From Kudoa neothunni (lineage: Eukaryota > Animalia > Cnidaria), in NCBI GenBank assembly GCA_964304625.1, contig OZ199838.1, positions 16,413,469 through 16,477,468 on the forward strand: a stretch of 64,000 bases of DNA, in the 5' to 3' direction. Shown here one piece after another: positions 1 to 21,926 of the stretch; within the stretch, counting starts at the first letter, position 1; the number at the start of each line of letters is the position of its first letter. Below the pieces are notes generated by a model that did no database searches, was not told the DNA's origin, and saw only the letters and a program-made list of their open reading frames with translations. A program made the translations under genes and the position numbers.

Positions 1-344
1 GTTGTCCTACGCGCAGCTGAGCAGCAAAGAACCTGGAGACACAATTTTGGGAGCAGGTTTTCTAAAATCAACGTAAGAAACCAGCTCAAATAAAATCCAT
101 CCAATTAGATTCTAAAATCTGACGGTCGTGTTATTACCTCGGTTTCAACGAGATAAGGTGTTTTCATTGATGCAACACATTTTTTGAAACAAAATTCGAC
201 GCTCTCGTTGTAATTGTCGAGAAATGTTTTCATCTAATTTTCGTGTTAGTCATGAGGTTAATTATTTGGTAGCCCATTGTATAAAATCATTCCTACTTGC
301 ATCAGTTGTTCTGCTTCGGTGACGTTCACGCCAGGATTCACCAT
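1..344 (-). CDS. TIMM9: Mitochondrial small TIM chaperone, Tim9 (Tim9/Tim10B family); 3' end runs off the window
   Basis: Not in ORF track. Spliced by hand: exons 344-297, 233-138, 61-1 with GT-AG introns give MVNPGVNVTEAEQLMQMKTFLDNYNESVEFCFKKCVASMKTPYLVETEKTCSQNCVSRFFAAQLRVGQ. It has the twin CX3C motif and the QMKxF..RVGQ framing of Tim9. Confidence 0.85.
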
Positions 345-1974
345 GTCTTGGTTTTTGATTTGGCTGCGTACGCACAATAATACAAACACCTGAATTCTTT
401 TTATTTTTACGGCGTTAATATTTGATTTATATCGTTTATTTTGTTTGATAGGTCTTCAAGAAGAGTTAGATAGGAAATAGAATTTTTCGGTAGGCTTAAT
501 GAGTACTTTAATGCATGGTTTTTGTATTATCTAGAAAATTTTGCATTAATTCATTAGAATTTCTAAAATACAGTTTGGTGTGATTTTTATGGATTTTTAT
601 TAAAAATTGTTTTCATTTAGTTGGCTGAAATAAAGAAATGAATGTTTCTGCCAAACAAAAACAGTTATATTTTTGGGTGTTCAATAATTGGACTTAAAAA
701 AAGAGGGTGAATAGTGTTTAATATGCTTATGAATTTTCCCTCACATAAATAAATGGAGAATTGTATTTATAGTGGTTAATATACATCGCTTAGCATAATG
801 TTAAGCCATTTGCCAATATTCTGGTTATACATGGAAACAAATTAATTCGTATTGTTTGATAATTCGCGGTAAATTTTCAGCTAAAATGAATTTGAATTAG
901 AATACATTGTTACTTAACGTGTGGACTAAGAGAACCCCTTGAGAATGCTTCTCCGTGTGATAAATCAGGAAAATGGCACAGCCTTACAAAACGTTTCCCA
1001 GAAATTAAATATCATTTCCATTGTTTTACATAAATAATATTGGCTTGTTGTGATAAAATAATGCTAATTTAATTTTTAAAATTCTCATAATTTATCAATG
1101 CAGAGTAAAAATATTGTGTCAATGATTAAAGTGTAGTGAGAAATAAATTTGGTTATTGGAAAAGTATTACAGTGTGTGACGGGTAATACGTGTTCCCTTT
1201 GGGATCGGGGAAAGAGTGCGAGTTAGCCAGCAATGATGGGAATACGCACTTTTGAGGCACGTGCGTATATTCAAAATTCAATTATTTGTTGATTATTATT
1301 GTGGTCATTTACTTTAGAGAACATCTATTAATCTAAATGTTTTCTTGCAATCCATGTATATGTTATACAAACCTTCTAAGTAGTAAGTGTACTTTCGTCT
1401 ATTCGTGTTCGTGCCACAATTACAGTTTAAAATTAGTTGGTCGAGTAATCGAGTATCAAGATACTTCTTCCTTAAAAAGGACTTTTTGATTATCATATTG
1501 AGAATATTAGTATGAATTTTACAGAGTCGAACTAACTCTTGGGATCTCATTGACTATTGCTGTACCTTGTTTATAGTGAATATTTTAATTAAATTTCTTA
1601 AAAATATATGATAATCTTTTATGTTAATGAATTTAGGTTGGTATAAGTTTATTCAAATTGAAGTAATTGAGTTCTAAATTGAATACATGAATAACTAAAG
1701 CAAGGATTCGGCTAATTGTTATAATTTCTAATTTTGCCACCAAATCCCGAATACAACATATTCGGCCCTCGCAAAATCTTTGTTAAGTTTCGAAAACGCA
1801 CTCTATTATTCATACATTGACTTTTAAATTAATTATGTGTCGTAAAAACATTTTTAATAATGTTTCGTCTTCAAAATTGTATGATTCAGCCATTTAATAA
1901 TAGTAAATTATCTTCTATATCATTATTTATATATCTACTATAAACTTTTTACAAAATTATTTCAATTAATTAAC

Positions 1975-2063
1975 ATATTTTTTAGTTTATATATTTTTTA
2001 GTTTATATATTTTTTAGTTTATATATTTTTTAGTTTATATATTTTTTAGTTTATATATTTTTT
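1975..2063. repeat. 16-bp minisatellite (ATATTTTTTAGTTTAT) x5.5
   Basis: Perfect units start at 1975, 1991, 2007, 2023 and 2039, followed by a partial unit. Confidence 0.9.
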
Positions 2064-3899
2064 TTGTTACAAGTTTTCTGCAATAAAATGATTAGCTTTT
2101 TAATTTCACTACAGTAAGAATGTGTAAACAAATTTATTATCAATTAATTTTTCAATACTTATTTTTTAAAAAGCTACATTGAAGAAATAAAAAATGCAAT
2201 AGAAATGGCATAAAACCAAGATAGTGCGTAGTAAACTAAATATAGTTGTCCTCATATGACTTACAAAAATTTATGTTCAATCTGATTTAATATTTTCACA
2301 ATTAACTATCATATTTTAAGGTTTCTATTTTAATACATGTGAAAAAATACGTATATAAACTTATATAGGTTAATTGAATGGATTAGCGTATTTTGAGAGA
2401 TTTTTCAATATAAGTATTTTCGATACCGAGCTATGTTGCGCTATTGACGCTAATTTGCTTAAATTGTAGATATAAATGCACGCTGTTTTAGGTAATCCCA
2501 CGAAATTTGAATGACTCCCGCGATATTGAAATTTCGAATATTCAATAGTCTCGACACTCCCATTTTTAAACCTCTAATTGATCGAAATATTTTCCTGGAA
2601 TATTGACGATGTGAAAAAAAAGTTGGATAATAGAGCTCTCTACTCGTGGAAGATGTCCATCCATATTTACCAAAGATGGAGACGAAATCTCCCAACCTCA
2701 CTTTATTATTTGCATGAAGTGCAATAGATTGTTTAGATATAAATCTATGGTTGGTAATCGTCAACCCGAATATATTTCACCACAGATTCAAATTTACATC
2801 AATATTAGAATTTACTCTCGTTGAGCTATATTTTTCGAGGTTTTCAATAAAATAAACACATAATTAAGTTCCTATAAAACAGTATCATTCGTTATGTAAT
2901 AACAAGCAATAGAAATTTCTATTCATAGGAAATCACAATATTTTGTCGTTTATACCTGTCAACATCACGCATTACATTTTTCATTGCGTTCGCGATTTTT
3001 AGAAAATGTGATAATAAATTTATATGTTCTAGAATCAACTAGATCGGGTTGAATATAATATATAATTCGAATTGAGCAAAATTACTAAGAATACGATTTC
3101 GTAATATAAATAGCATAAAATATTTGTTATTGTTTTCTTAAGGATTGATTTATTACTAGTATAGAATTTACAGAGTCATAATTTCGATATAACTCAAAAA
3201 TAAAACCTCCTCATACAAAATCCATGAATATGATTTCGTTCGGGATTCGTGTCTAAAATTTATAGTTAAAATAAATTTCGTTCATGTTTCGTGCCAGAAT
3301 TTAGACATGGTATTAAATTCGTGAAAATACATTCTCTAAATTTAAGGCGTTCAAATGCGCAATAATGAACCAACCAAAATAAATGTCGATTTTTTAAAAA
3401 TAAACGTAGGAAATTGCGGTCCAAAATTATGTGTTATAATTTATCTTATAACTAATTATTTATACGTATATATATTGTATTCAAGCTGCAAATAAAAAAT
3501 TATTTACTCTCTCGTAATTTCTGTTTAAATCCTTCAATAATAATTTATTTATTGAACCCTCTAACGAACGATCTCGAAAACGGTATCCCTGTAACAATTG
3601 GGATACAAATTACCTCACTTTTTTATTGCGCCGATTTGCGTAAAAAAATAATTAATTATGGAATACAAAATATTGTTAAATTTAAACGAGTAGAATCATT
3701 GAAATATTTTATTAATTACGTCAAATAATCTCAAACCAATCTCGATTATGACATTATCAGGATATATCGACATTGTCAGCAAGTGTTCAAAAAAAAAGTA
3801 ACGTTATCGGCTAATAAAAAATTCATTAAAAAACCAAAATAAGCGCAGAAATTAATTTTTGCCCTTTAAAAGAATTTAGAAGCACGAGTGGAGAAATAA

Positions 3900-4900
3900 A
3901 ACTTGCAGCAATTGATATCATTTAGAGTTTTTCCTATCATTTTATTTTTCACAATAATCTCAGCGTAACTATTTTTTATTCAAAATTTTTTAGATAACTT
4001 TTCTTGAGATTCAATTTACAGTGAATTGTACAATTCTTCAGAAATCTCTTTTGGAAAGTTTATCCTTAATTTTTTCTCTAAATTAAATATCTCGTTGAAA
4101 AAGACGATAAGTGGCCATCTTTCAAACTTCTGGGTAGAAATTGATGTCAACATTCTATCCACATTATCAACTCCACTCTTGTTTGCATGGTAATGCATTA
4201 TCGTATGAGGTTTAAAATTTTTAGACGCATCGATTGTCGATTGTCAATTGTCGATTATCGATTATCGATTAAAGCAGGGGTTCTTAACAATTTTTTCAAA
4301 TTTACCACCTTAACATGGAAGCTAAATTCATATCTACTTTTAGATTTTATACTGGTTTGACTAAGGCAGAGGTTATTTTTATTGCAATTTTTCATCCCAT
4401 CAACTCCTACTCCCAAGTTGTCTAGTTGTCTACAGATTAGATTTTTTAGATTTTGCTAAATTAACCATGATCAAAACTAGTGACGTTTAAATATTATTTA
4501 CCACGCAGATTGCAACATTAAGTAATACTATTATTAGGCAACATCATTAGTAAATAAAGGGGGGCAAAAAAGAAAGAGAAATTTTATAGTTTTATAAATA
4601 TTTGTTAAATACGTCACAAACCTCTATCCGCAAGAGTTTCCCATCAAATCATGATAACGCTTAATTTACTCACTTTCATTTAAAATTAACCCCCGGTTGA
4701 GAACCCTTGGATTACAGTATTATCAGTGTTATTTGTTTATCCTTATGAATAGTTATAGTTATAGTTATAGTTATAGTTATTAGTATTAGAAGTCTTGCAT
4801 AATCTTAAAATTCAATTTCATTGTTATCATGTCACTCATCATCGAAATAATGATTTCTGAGCACATTTTTGCATACTTTATAATAATACTACCCCTTTCT
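3900..4900 (-). mobile_element. Decayed piggyBac transposase remnant (limits approximate), interrupted by a hAT MITE
   Basis: KPHTIMHYHANKSGVDNVDRM...ERWPLIVFF matches the piggyBac C-terminal catalytic block (KPxxIxxYNxxKGGVDxxD...RWP). Confidence 0.65.
4275..4709. mobile_element. Non-autonomous hAT (Charlie-type) MITE
   Basis: Terminal inverted repeats CAGGGGTTCTTAAC / GTTGAGAACCCTTG. 8-bp target duplication GATTAAAG (4267-4274) / GATTACAG (4710-4717). Confidence 0.8.
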
Positions 4901-5194
4901 GGGGTAAAGAATAATAAAAAAACAATCAATTAATGATTTTATTTTTGATACAGCATATAATTCCACCTTAACTTTTTGAATTATTATCATTAATATCTAT
5001 GGGATCTATTTGTTCGTCCGAGATATCACTCTCATCAATAACTTGATCGTCAAATTCGCTTCCAAATTAAGTATATTCGTGGTCAATGAATCTCTCGCGA
5101 CGTTTATTTCGAATAACACACTACGCACATTGTCCCAACTAGTAGTTATTTTGTCATTATTTTCTTCAAATATACAGATTTGATTTAACCAATA

Positions 5195-5228
<34 letters not shown>

Positions 5229-6042
5229 TAAAAGATACTCTTTCGGTTAAAAAAATAAAAAAGTGTGGAAAATTCTACCCCACCAAAAATTAAATGATAA
5301 TATTGGAATAAAATATTTTCTTTTCATTATTTTTTTCCAATTTATTCGATGAAAAGTAAATCATTATAAGATTAAGGAATATTGAAAATCTGGTGGGATA
5401 TAATAAATGATCACAACTGTAAACTGGTTACGAGTTTATTTGTGTAAAATAGTTTTAGGATTATCATTTGGATCCGGTAAACAAGGATCAATGCGAATAC
5501 TGGATAATCCACTTTCAGCGTTAGCATGAGAAATTTTCCGGTCAGTATTAATTAATCGTCAATAAAGAGATTTGTTGGATTAAGATTCGTCGAACAAGTG
5601 TCTCTACTGTGTTCTTCAGCTTTCAGTCTTCAACTAAAATATTCGTATAAAATTTGACAGTCGTATTCATGAAATATATGTAGTCCAAATAAAGATGTAT
5701 AAATAATACGTTGCGCAGTTCACTTGTTCGCATGTGACACGTCCAATAAAACGCAATACATTACATCGATTCTACGCGCACGCAACAACTCACTTATCGT
5801 CCTTTTCCTCCTGAACAATCAAAATCCAATATTCCCCAAAAATATATTAAAACGAGAAAAACACTCACTCCTTGTGATACAACAAATAATAGCATCACAA
5901 TAATTCCGATAATACAACATAATCGATACAAATATTAGTTGTTATTAATTATTCAAGAATTCATAAAATCAATCCAACAATAAACAACTCCAAAACAGCA
6001 ACATTTCGTGTTAGTGATAAGCAGATGCGTCATATCATTGCA

Positions 6043-6052
6043 CGCATGCGCA
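6043..6052. promoter_or_regulatory. NRF1/EWG-like palindrome CGCATGCGCA just upstream of ZNF207
   Basis: CpG-rich palindrome about 15 nt before the ATG in an AT-rich background; resembles the NRF1 consensus GCGCATGCGC. Function is inferred. Confidence 0.4.
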
Positions 6053-6066
6053 TTGTAAACTAAAAT

Positions 6067-7262
6067 ATGGGTCGTCGAAAGAGAAAGGTTATGAAGCCCT
6101 GGTGCTGGTAGTTACTTGGATATTCGGTGGACAGTGATTTAATTGAAAACCCCAATTCAAAGGTATTGCAACCGGGAATTTGACGACGAAAAAGTTCTGG
6201 TGTACCATCAAAAATCCAAACACTATCGTTGTCAGATATGTCGAAAAAAGCTGTTTTCAGCAATGGGCCTCTCAGTCCATTGCATGCAAGTACATAAAGA
6301 AACCATTACATCGATTCCCAATGCATTACCACATAGAACTGATTTGGATATTGAAATTTTTGGAATGGAAGGAATTCCCCAGGAAGATTTGGAGGAAAGA
6401 ATGCGAATGTTGAATGGTTTGTTAGGTGGTTGGACGATAAATTGAATTTTTAAATTGTGGATAGGTGATAGTAAATCCAACGTGAAATCAGCGGTATCCG
6501 GCAATGTGCCATATTCTTCGGTGTTGTCTTCGAATCCACCAGTTCCTACTACAGCTACAACTATTAATGCTACTGTTGCCACTTCTGTTGGTTCAACTGT
6601 TCCATTTTCATCCAAATTTGGTAGTAGATTTCTATTTTGTATATTGTCTAAATTGTTGTTGTGAAGTTCCTCCTCCACCGCCACCTTCGGCTGATATGTA
6701 ACAATTCTGTTATTGGATACATATTTTAAATTGAAGCTTTAGACCACCACCTCCTCCTCCCATTGAACCTCCTGCTATAATTAATCCTCCAAACCCCTCA
6801 AATGTTGGTTCATTTTTTATGGGTTCACCTCTTAGATTATATCTAGAATCAAAATATTTCGGCAAGCTTATTAGATTTGGGTCAGTATAAAAAATTTAAT
6901 GTGTGTATTTCGTCATCGTCAATGATAGTCCATCCCGAATATGATATCTCATTAGTAACAACAAAACTTAACATTATGGAATCTGATTGATCTTATGTGT
7001 GTGTGTGTGTGTTTAGGAGGAGTATAGATTGTCTCAACGAGAGTATCGAAAGTGTTCCACTTTACCAGCCAACGGTAGCAGTGATTTATCAATTGAGAAT
7101 TTACTAATTTTCTCCAATTTAATAGGTGGTGGATTTTATGGAAATGGGAATGTGAATAGCAATGTGAGGCCGCCGACGGTTGCATATGGCTATTTGCGTA
7201 TGTCGAGTGGTGGTTATCCTGCACCTTTACCAAACAATCAACCCAATAATAGTTATAAATAA
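6067..7262 (+). CDS. ZNF207: BUB3-interacting GLEBS-motif zinc finger protein (BuGZ), multi-exon
   Basis: MGRRKRKVMKPWCW|YCNREFDDEKVLVYHQKSKHYRCQICRKKLFSAMGLSVHCMQVHKE...DIEIFGMEGIP, a Pro-rich middle, and the GLEBS-like IVHPEYDISL|EEYR. GT-AG introns. Confidence 0.95.
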
Positions 7263-7353
7263 ATAATGCGCATGGTCGTATGCACACGACAATAGAACAA
7301 ACACTCTTATATATATATATAATTTGTATATTTAAAACAAAACTATGCTACGG

Positions 7354-12604
<5,251 letters not shown>

Positions 12605-12733
12605 TTAGAATTAAATTTTAGTTGTTTTTTTCAGATTGAGGGTTACTATAGCGACTGAAAACTGACCCCAATAATACAACACTAATGCGCAACTAGGGGG
12701 ACTATGGACTATAAACGTGAGATCTAAATTAAA

Positions 12734-12743
12734 CGCGCATGCG
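12734..12743. promoter_or_regulatory. NRF1-like palindrome CGCGCATGCG upstream of DUS2
   Basis: About 140 nt upstream of the DUS2 ATG; same motif class as upstream of ZNF207. Confidence 0.35.
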
Positions 12744-13875
12744 AGTGATTACTGGAATTTTTAGGCGTCTTTTCGAAACACAATTTTTTTAAATATAACC
12801 AATACCACAAAAAATACAATCAACTAATAATTGAGCTTTAGCGTTTGAATAATTAAATTTATTAATAAATCATATTTTTAAAAAATAACTCATTTGAGTT
12901 ATTAGCTTAATCGATTTATAAATCAAAAATATTCTCACTATAAATATGATATATTAATATTTTCAGCCTACAGTTATCTCTACTGATCACAAGTATAACT
13001 TTAACACAGCAAGGCAGTGTTTCCCGACCTTTTTTGTATCACGCCCCACCTCTATCAAAAATATCAAAAGTATTGATTTTTTATTTAAACTGTTGATAAT
13101 TTTGAATAAAACTCCTTATCACATTAAAATCTGAAATCAATTAATATATATTACTTTTCTTTTCTCATTAGAATTAGAATTAATTGAAATCTTTCATTCT
13201 TCATTCATCAAAAACAACGTCAAATGAAACTCGTGGTAACCCAACCCCAACCTTCATTAGGAAAGTCTTTCGTGTATATGGGGCTAACGAACCGAAAATA
13301 AATATTATAAATACAAAATTAATCTATACCACTCTTAATGAGACAATTAATGACTGAGATTCAAGCCAGTCTGATTCTATTCGGATGAATATTATTTTAA
13401 ATATTATCTCACAATTACCATTATAGGTGTCACACCAATACTTAGAATTTTACGAATCCCACCACACATTACACACTACAGCGGTTAATTAAAGTTTAAA
13501 AATTTTCAAGCAATTTTTACTGTTTATCGAGTATAATAGTTTAACTTCTGCGACTTAAAATTAAAATTATTAGTATATCTATAAATTAATAAATAACCTG
13601 TAAATATTTTTGTTTAAAATATCTTCAGGATAACGAAGTTTTGGACTGTATGCAATATCGAGATCTTCCTGTGATCAAATTTGGATAGATAATGCGGCGG
13701 CAATATGTTCCACCATATTTGCATTGTGTTAATTCTCAAAGTACGCAGACAAATGTGTTAAATAAAAATCTCAAGAAAGTATAATTTTACTGCTATTATT
13801 TTCGCATAATATAATAAACACGAATATCGAAATAAGAAGAACAATACAGAATAGTTGATCAATAGAATGAGGAGA

Positions 13876-16783
<2,908 letters not shown>

Positions 16784-17446
16784 TTTAATCGAAGATGGTG
16801 TCAGCGCGCGATCTACTCACCACAAATATTTTACGGATAATCTACCATACCATAGGGATTATCATTATAAAGTGGGGGGGCAGTTACATTGATATTTTCA
16901 GGGGAATTTATTATTTTTTCTCATTATTTTAATAAATTATATTGTTAAATTTGTAGTAATATTTGAAATTTATCGATTGTTTTTAAAGAATATTAATTCC
17001 TAATTTGATCCCAAAATAATGAGACTATTCCTATTTAACTTTGCTTCATATTACTTTCTACGGTAAAATGTACGATAGTGTCTGTAATCCGAATCAACGA
17101 CAACCTACTCAAATGAACCCCTTGAATATTTCAATAATAAGTATTGATCAGTGTTCCGCTATTTGTCATCACAACAGCATTTACAGTAATCTATTAATGC
17201 AGAGAGCTCCTTGTCCCTCGCGATTATTTTGACAGACTACACCATTAATTAATTTGGCTCAAGTAAAGCATGTTTTATGTGCTGTAGAATTTAATTTTGT
17301 TGGATTGTCTATCATTAAATCTGTCTATAAGAAAAAAGAATCCGTATTTTATGCAAGTGATAGATGTTCAGTTGTGACAAAAATTATAGCATAAATATAA
17401 CGCTAATCTCGGGTTAAAAATATAGGATTAATATTCCTCATTTTAA

Positions 17447-18048
17447 CCCTTTCTATTAATTACTTTATATAATTTTTGAATGTGAAAATATTTTTTTATT
17501 ATGTCAATATAAAATTAATTATTTTTTGAAATGATGAGAAGCAACAAATGCCTCGAGTTGAGTTAGAAGCGCCTGCGCAAGAGTAAATAAATATACCTTT
17601 ATTATAATAGTATAGTTGATGTTTATTCGATTTTATAAAAATGAATTAATACAACCTGTATGTTTTACATCAAGAGCAATACAGATGAATATCAAACTGT
17701 AGGACTTGCGTAAAAAAGGTTAAACTATCCTGCAGTTGAACTTAGAATTTTGAGGTTTCAATAAATTAAAAATATACACATATACTATTTAATGAGTTTA
17801 TTCTAAGAATAAAATATGCTTTGATATGTATCTGAATTCAGTTATAGTGATGAGGAGCAGGAGGAGGAAGAAGATGACTACCGTTTAAATTAGACAGTGA
17901 GCTCAAAAAATCTAATAAGTAATTTAATATTTCATTTCTGATGACGGAAGAGTAATTTTTTTGATGTTTTATATAAAATTATTTAAAATTTAATAGAATG
18001 AGTAACAAAAAATTTTCAGTTATTGAATTAAATTCGGGGTTCAAAGGG
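17447..18048. mobile_element. Short non-autonomous piggyBac-like element
   Basis: TTAA|CCCTTT ... AAAGGG|TTAA ends. Internal acidic SEFSYSDEEQEEEEDD remnant, as in piggyBac transposase N-termini. The TIR match is short. Confidence 0.45.
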
Positions 18049-20229
18049 TTAATGTAATGACAATAATCGAATAGAATATGACTATAACTTGAAAAAATTT
18101 GGATGATAATAATATTGATGCATTGTGTGGTTATGTATCAGAATAAGCTCTACACGTAAAATAAAGTAATTCATGTATCTGAGAGCTGGGAGGAAATCGT
18201 TACAATATTACATTTAATTGTGGAGTGAATTAACGTATAACAGTCAAATATTTTTAAAAAACGTGGGTTAAAAAATAGTAGACCTCTTATTATGTATTAT
18301 GGGGTGTTTGATTCATTCTATGACTTAATGTTAATAAATGAATTATCGTTAAAATTCGGAAATATTAATCAATTATTCTTTGTTTAGTCCTTTTGTGAAA
18401 TAATATATGCCTTGGGTTAGTTTAACTTATAACATTTTCAGTCGTAGATCTTAAAATTCGGGCCAATTATGATTATGAGATGGGTGGACGAGAATTAACG
18501 AATTCACATGCCATGGTATGCTTAATCTAAATTTGGTGTTTTCTACATCAGTTAAATCAACAATTCTCTCCAAAAATCATTTATATTTCAAATCCTTGTG
18601 CCCTATTTATAATATTTTAGTAAATTGAAATAAAATTTCAAAAATGTCATGTTTTTATAAGATGCCATTTTGTAATTTAGTTATAGTTACAAAATTTTTA
18701 GCTTTATGAAAAGAAGATCAAATATAAACTTTTTTGATTCTTTGGTAATTTTAAGATGTATATTGTTGAAATTTGGCTTAATATTATTGTTACATCGTTG
18801 GAGCGTTTTAGAAGTTTTAAATAAATCCCACAATATTCCAAGATAAAGTTTAAGAATCTTAATATAGTTTTACATTCATAAAGACTAAACATTTATTTAG
18901 TTTTTAAATATTTTTTACAAACTTACAATTTATGTACTAAGAAATAATGCATAATTTATGGATAAAGTTCAATCTAGGTTTTGTCGTAAATAGCTTTTAT
19001 ATGATAGTTTTGTTTCAAATTCTTAAATATTAAGATTAAAAAATTCTAAATTAGTAATAAGCACGATTTAGGTGTGTTTAATATAAATCTTCCCCTAATA
19101 AAAAAGTAGCGCGTATTAAGTCATACAATGAATTATTAATTTGTGTGCTTGGATGTTGCACACGTAGGAAATCAAAAACTAAATATTAGGTAAATTCCAT
19201 TCTTTCGACCCATTTAAGTTTTGCTGTCGAAAACGCAATTCTAGAATTCCCTTGATATTTATTTAAATAATAATATACAATTTATAGTTAACTTAGTACA
19301 GGGGGTAACCACTAATTCATGATCCCTTTGGAACTTAATAAAATTACAAACTAGACAGCATTTAACTCAAATTCGTACTTTTTAGGAATGAATGCACAAT
19401 AAACTCAATTTTTAAGAGCGTGTTTTCTGATGTTTGGTTTTGTAAAATGCAATGCAACCTCAGAGTTCGACCAAAAATTTTTAGTCAGAACAAATCCAAC
19501 TGGTGAAAAAACAGAGAAGAACAAAGATTCTAGAAGAAGAATCGCTCAATCAAATTGTAGGAACGTCATCGAATGAGAAACTTTTTTTATAATCTATCGT
19601 ATGATGACCAACAAATATTTATCCTACGTTTCATTTAATATTCAATTAATTATTATATTCAATATTTATTTGATACACGGTAAAGAATTAAACTAATTTC
19701 CATTATTTTTCACTTATTTTGCAAGGGAAAAAGTTATTCAGAGTTCGAACACATTTCTAGAACGGATTATGGTCGATGTCCGAGGTTGCATTGGAAATCT
19801 AATCGAAAAAGCGAATTGATGACTAGTGGCATGAGCAGTGTTAAATAAATGTGGGTTTGATTTATAGTGAACTCTATAAATTCACATTTGTAGTATGATT
19901 GACACGAAAGCATATAGTTAACGTCAAGTCTCATCGAATGTGAGCTGAACGATGACTACTTGATTGATAGTTTGAAAACTTTACAAACAAATAAATAAAA
20001 AAATAAATAAAAAATAAAAAAAAACAACAACATAATCTTGAATGTTGTTCCATATAAATTGTGCAATAATTTAAAAAGATAATTTAAAGTATAGTGGAAA
20101 ACGTCGACCACCAAAAAACATGACTAATAACTTAAATTGAATGTACATAAATGATCAATTTTTGCGATGATGTGAGACAAGATTTGGGCAGTCAAAGATC
20201 GACCGCGCACATAACACAGTAGCAGGGAT

Positions 20230-21926
20230 ATGCACGATTTATATAGCCAGTATGTTTTGCATATGGCTGCAGCCGGGGTGGATTTTAACACCCAAGGATC
20301 ATATTGGTACTTTGGAGAGGTTGTAACATTCAACGAAGTTACACAAGCTCCCGCTCGGGAAAAACGATCGCCTGGGAGGATCAACTATGAGGTGAGCCTA
20401 TTTTGTTTTGCAGTTTTTGTTGATGTGATCAATTTAGTAATTTTTTTTGTTTGATGCGATGTCGATAAAACTATTTTGGCTGATGGTGAATTGGGTTTTT
20501 AGCGCCAAAAAGATTCATTAAATGTTTCGATCCATATTTCTAAAACTTAAATCAGTGACTTTATGGATTTATTCGACAAAATCAGCTGTAGAATTATTAT
20601 GTTGATAAACTAAGCGTATTGTAACAATACATAAATGAGTGATGTTTTGCTCAATTATTTTTCTTAGTAACAATGTTGTAAGCTAAACATGGTCCATTCG
20701 AATGGAGTTACATGAATAACACACTTATTATATTGTTAGAGTGAGGATGGTTTTCAACCATGGAATAATACTTTACACTTATTGTTATTAGTACTAATGA
20801 ATATTCGATTCAGACCATTCAATCTATTCATAATGAATGTATTTGTGTGTATCTTCGGCAATAAGTAATGTGTATGAAGTTGTAATTTGTATGTTGATTG
20901 AGGAGTTGATAGTTGCTAGGAAGTTTTTCAGCGTTTTAATGTGTTGTTAAATTGTTTTTCTTTGTCTAATCGAGCTTAAGCTATTACTGACATTTTGATC
21001 GAGATTCCACGAAAATCAGCCAATTCAGTTTTCAAAGTCGTCCCAATGTATGTATCTTATCTAGCTCAATTCAACACCACCAACAACAACAGCGCTTATG
21101 CTTCGAATAACAATGCCCAAATGAGTTTGATTGGAAATCGTATGTTTGTTTAGTGTCCAGTTCGAATGTGTCATATAGATGTATTGATTGTTTAGGTAAT
21201 ATTGGTTATGAGTCGATAGACGAAGTTTTGAATTTTTTGCTGAATGCATCCCAACAACTGAAGATTGCATTCGAACAAATTAAAATACAAAATGAAGCAT
21301 TATGCGATGCCACTATCAATCAAATTCGTGCACAGGCTCAGTTGGACAAGCAAGACGTAATAACTACTGAATTCCATTTCACTAACACAAACACATTATC
21401 ACACTGTCACATTGTCACAGAAATATTGACATTGATTTGTAGGCTCTAATGAAACAACGTGATGAGTTTGTGTCTATCCTAAGAAACCTACTACCAAACG
21501 ACGGAGAATTGATTGTACAACAACTACTCACTCAATTACAACTGGAAACCAATAAAACAAATAAAGTGAGTATTATCTTCGACAGATTCGCTTCAAAGTC
21601 CACCACAATAACCTTAAAATTTGTAGGTTTGCTTAAACTGCAGCAGAGATGCCTATCTAGAATGCACCGCATGTAGAATGGCTTGCTATTGTTGTATTTT
21701 CTGTCAGAAAAAAGATTGGGACCGGCATCAAAATGATTGTACATTACAGCAATTGATAAATACAAACAATCAGAACGACGGAACCAATATAAATAATTCG
21801 ATTGCGAGCACACAGTCAAATATCTCTATACCAATTATGATTAATCCATCCGACCCTATCAATATCCCAAACAACATCAGCAGTGAACATAATAGTATGA
21901 ACAATAGCACCACCACCCATCGTTAA
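20230..21926 (+). CDS. DEAF1: DEAF1-like coiled-coil + MYND zinc-finger protein (5' exons tentative)
   Basis: SIDEVLNFLLNASQQLKIAFEQIK resembles the DEAF1 NES/coiled coil. The last exon encodes CLNCSRDAYLECTACRMACYCCIFCQKKDWDRHQNDC (DEAF1-type MYND). Exons 20230-20391 and 20814-20838 can be spliced in frame but are not homology-supported. Confidence 0.75.

Noticed and set aside
1975-2063. Repeat array as CRISPR
   Set aside because: Contiguous units without spacers in a eukaryotic genome: a minisatellite.
1314-2764. ORFs 1314-1550 and 2459-2764 as genes
   Set aside because: No recognisable motifs or splice structure; possibly a very decayed transposase, but too weak to call.
6060-7287. Antisense and alternate-frame ORFs over ZNF207, and similar ones over DUS2, MCM7 and FARSB
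   Set aside because: Shadow ORFs of real exons on the other strand or frame.
13015-13060. hAT-like terminus CAGTGTTTCCC
   Set aside because: No matching opposite TIR or TSD found.
19725-19850. Possible SAND exon of DEAF1 (SYSEFEHIS...HWKSN)
   Set aside because: Only vague resemblance, and the frame ends in a stop; not supportable without an HMM search.
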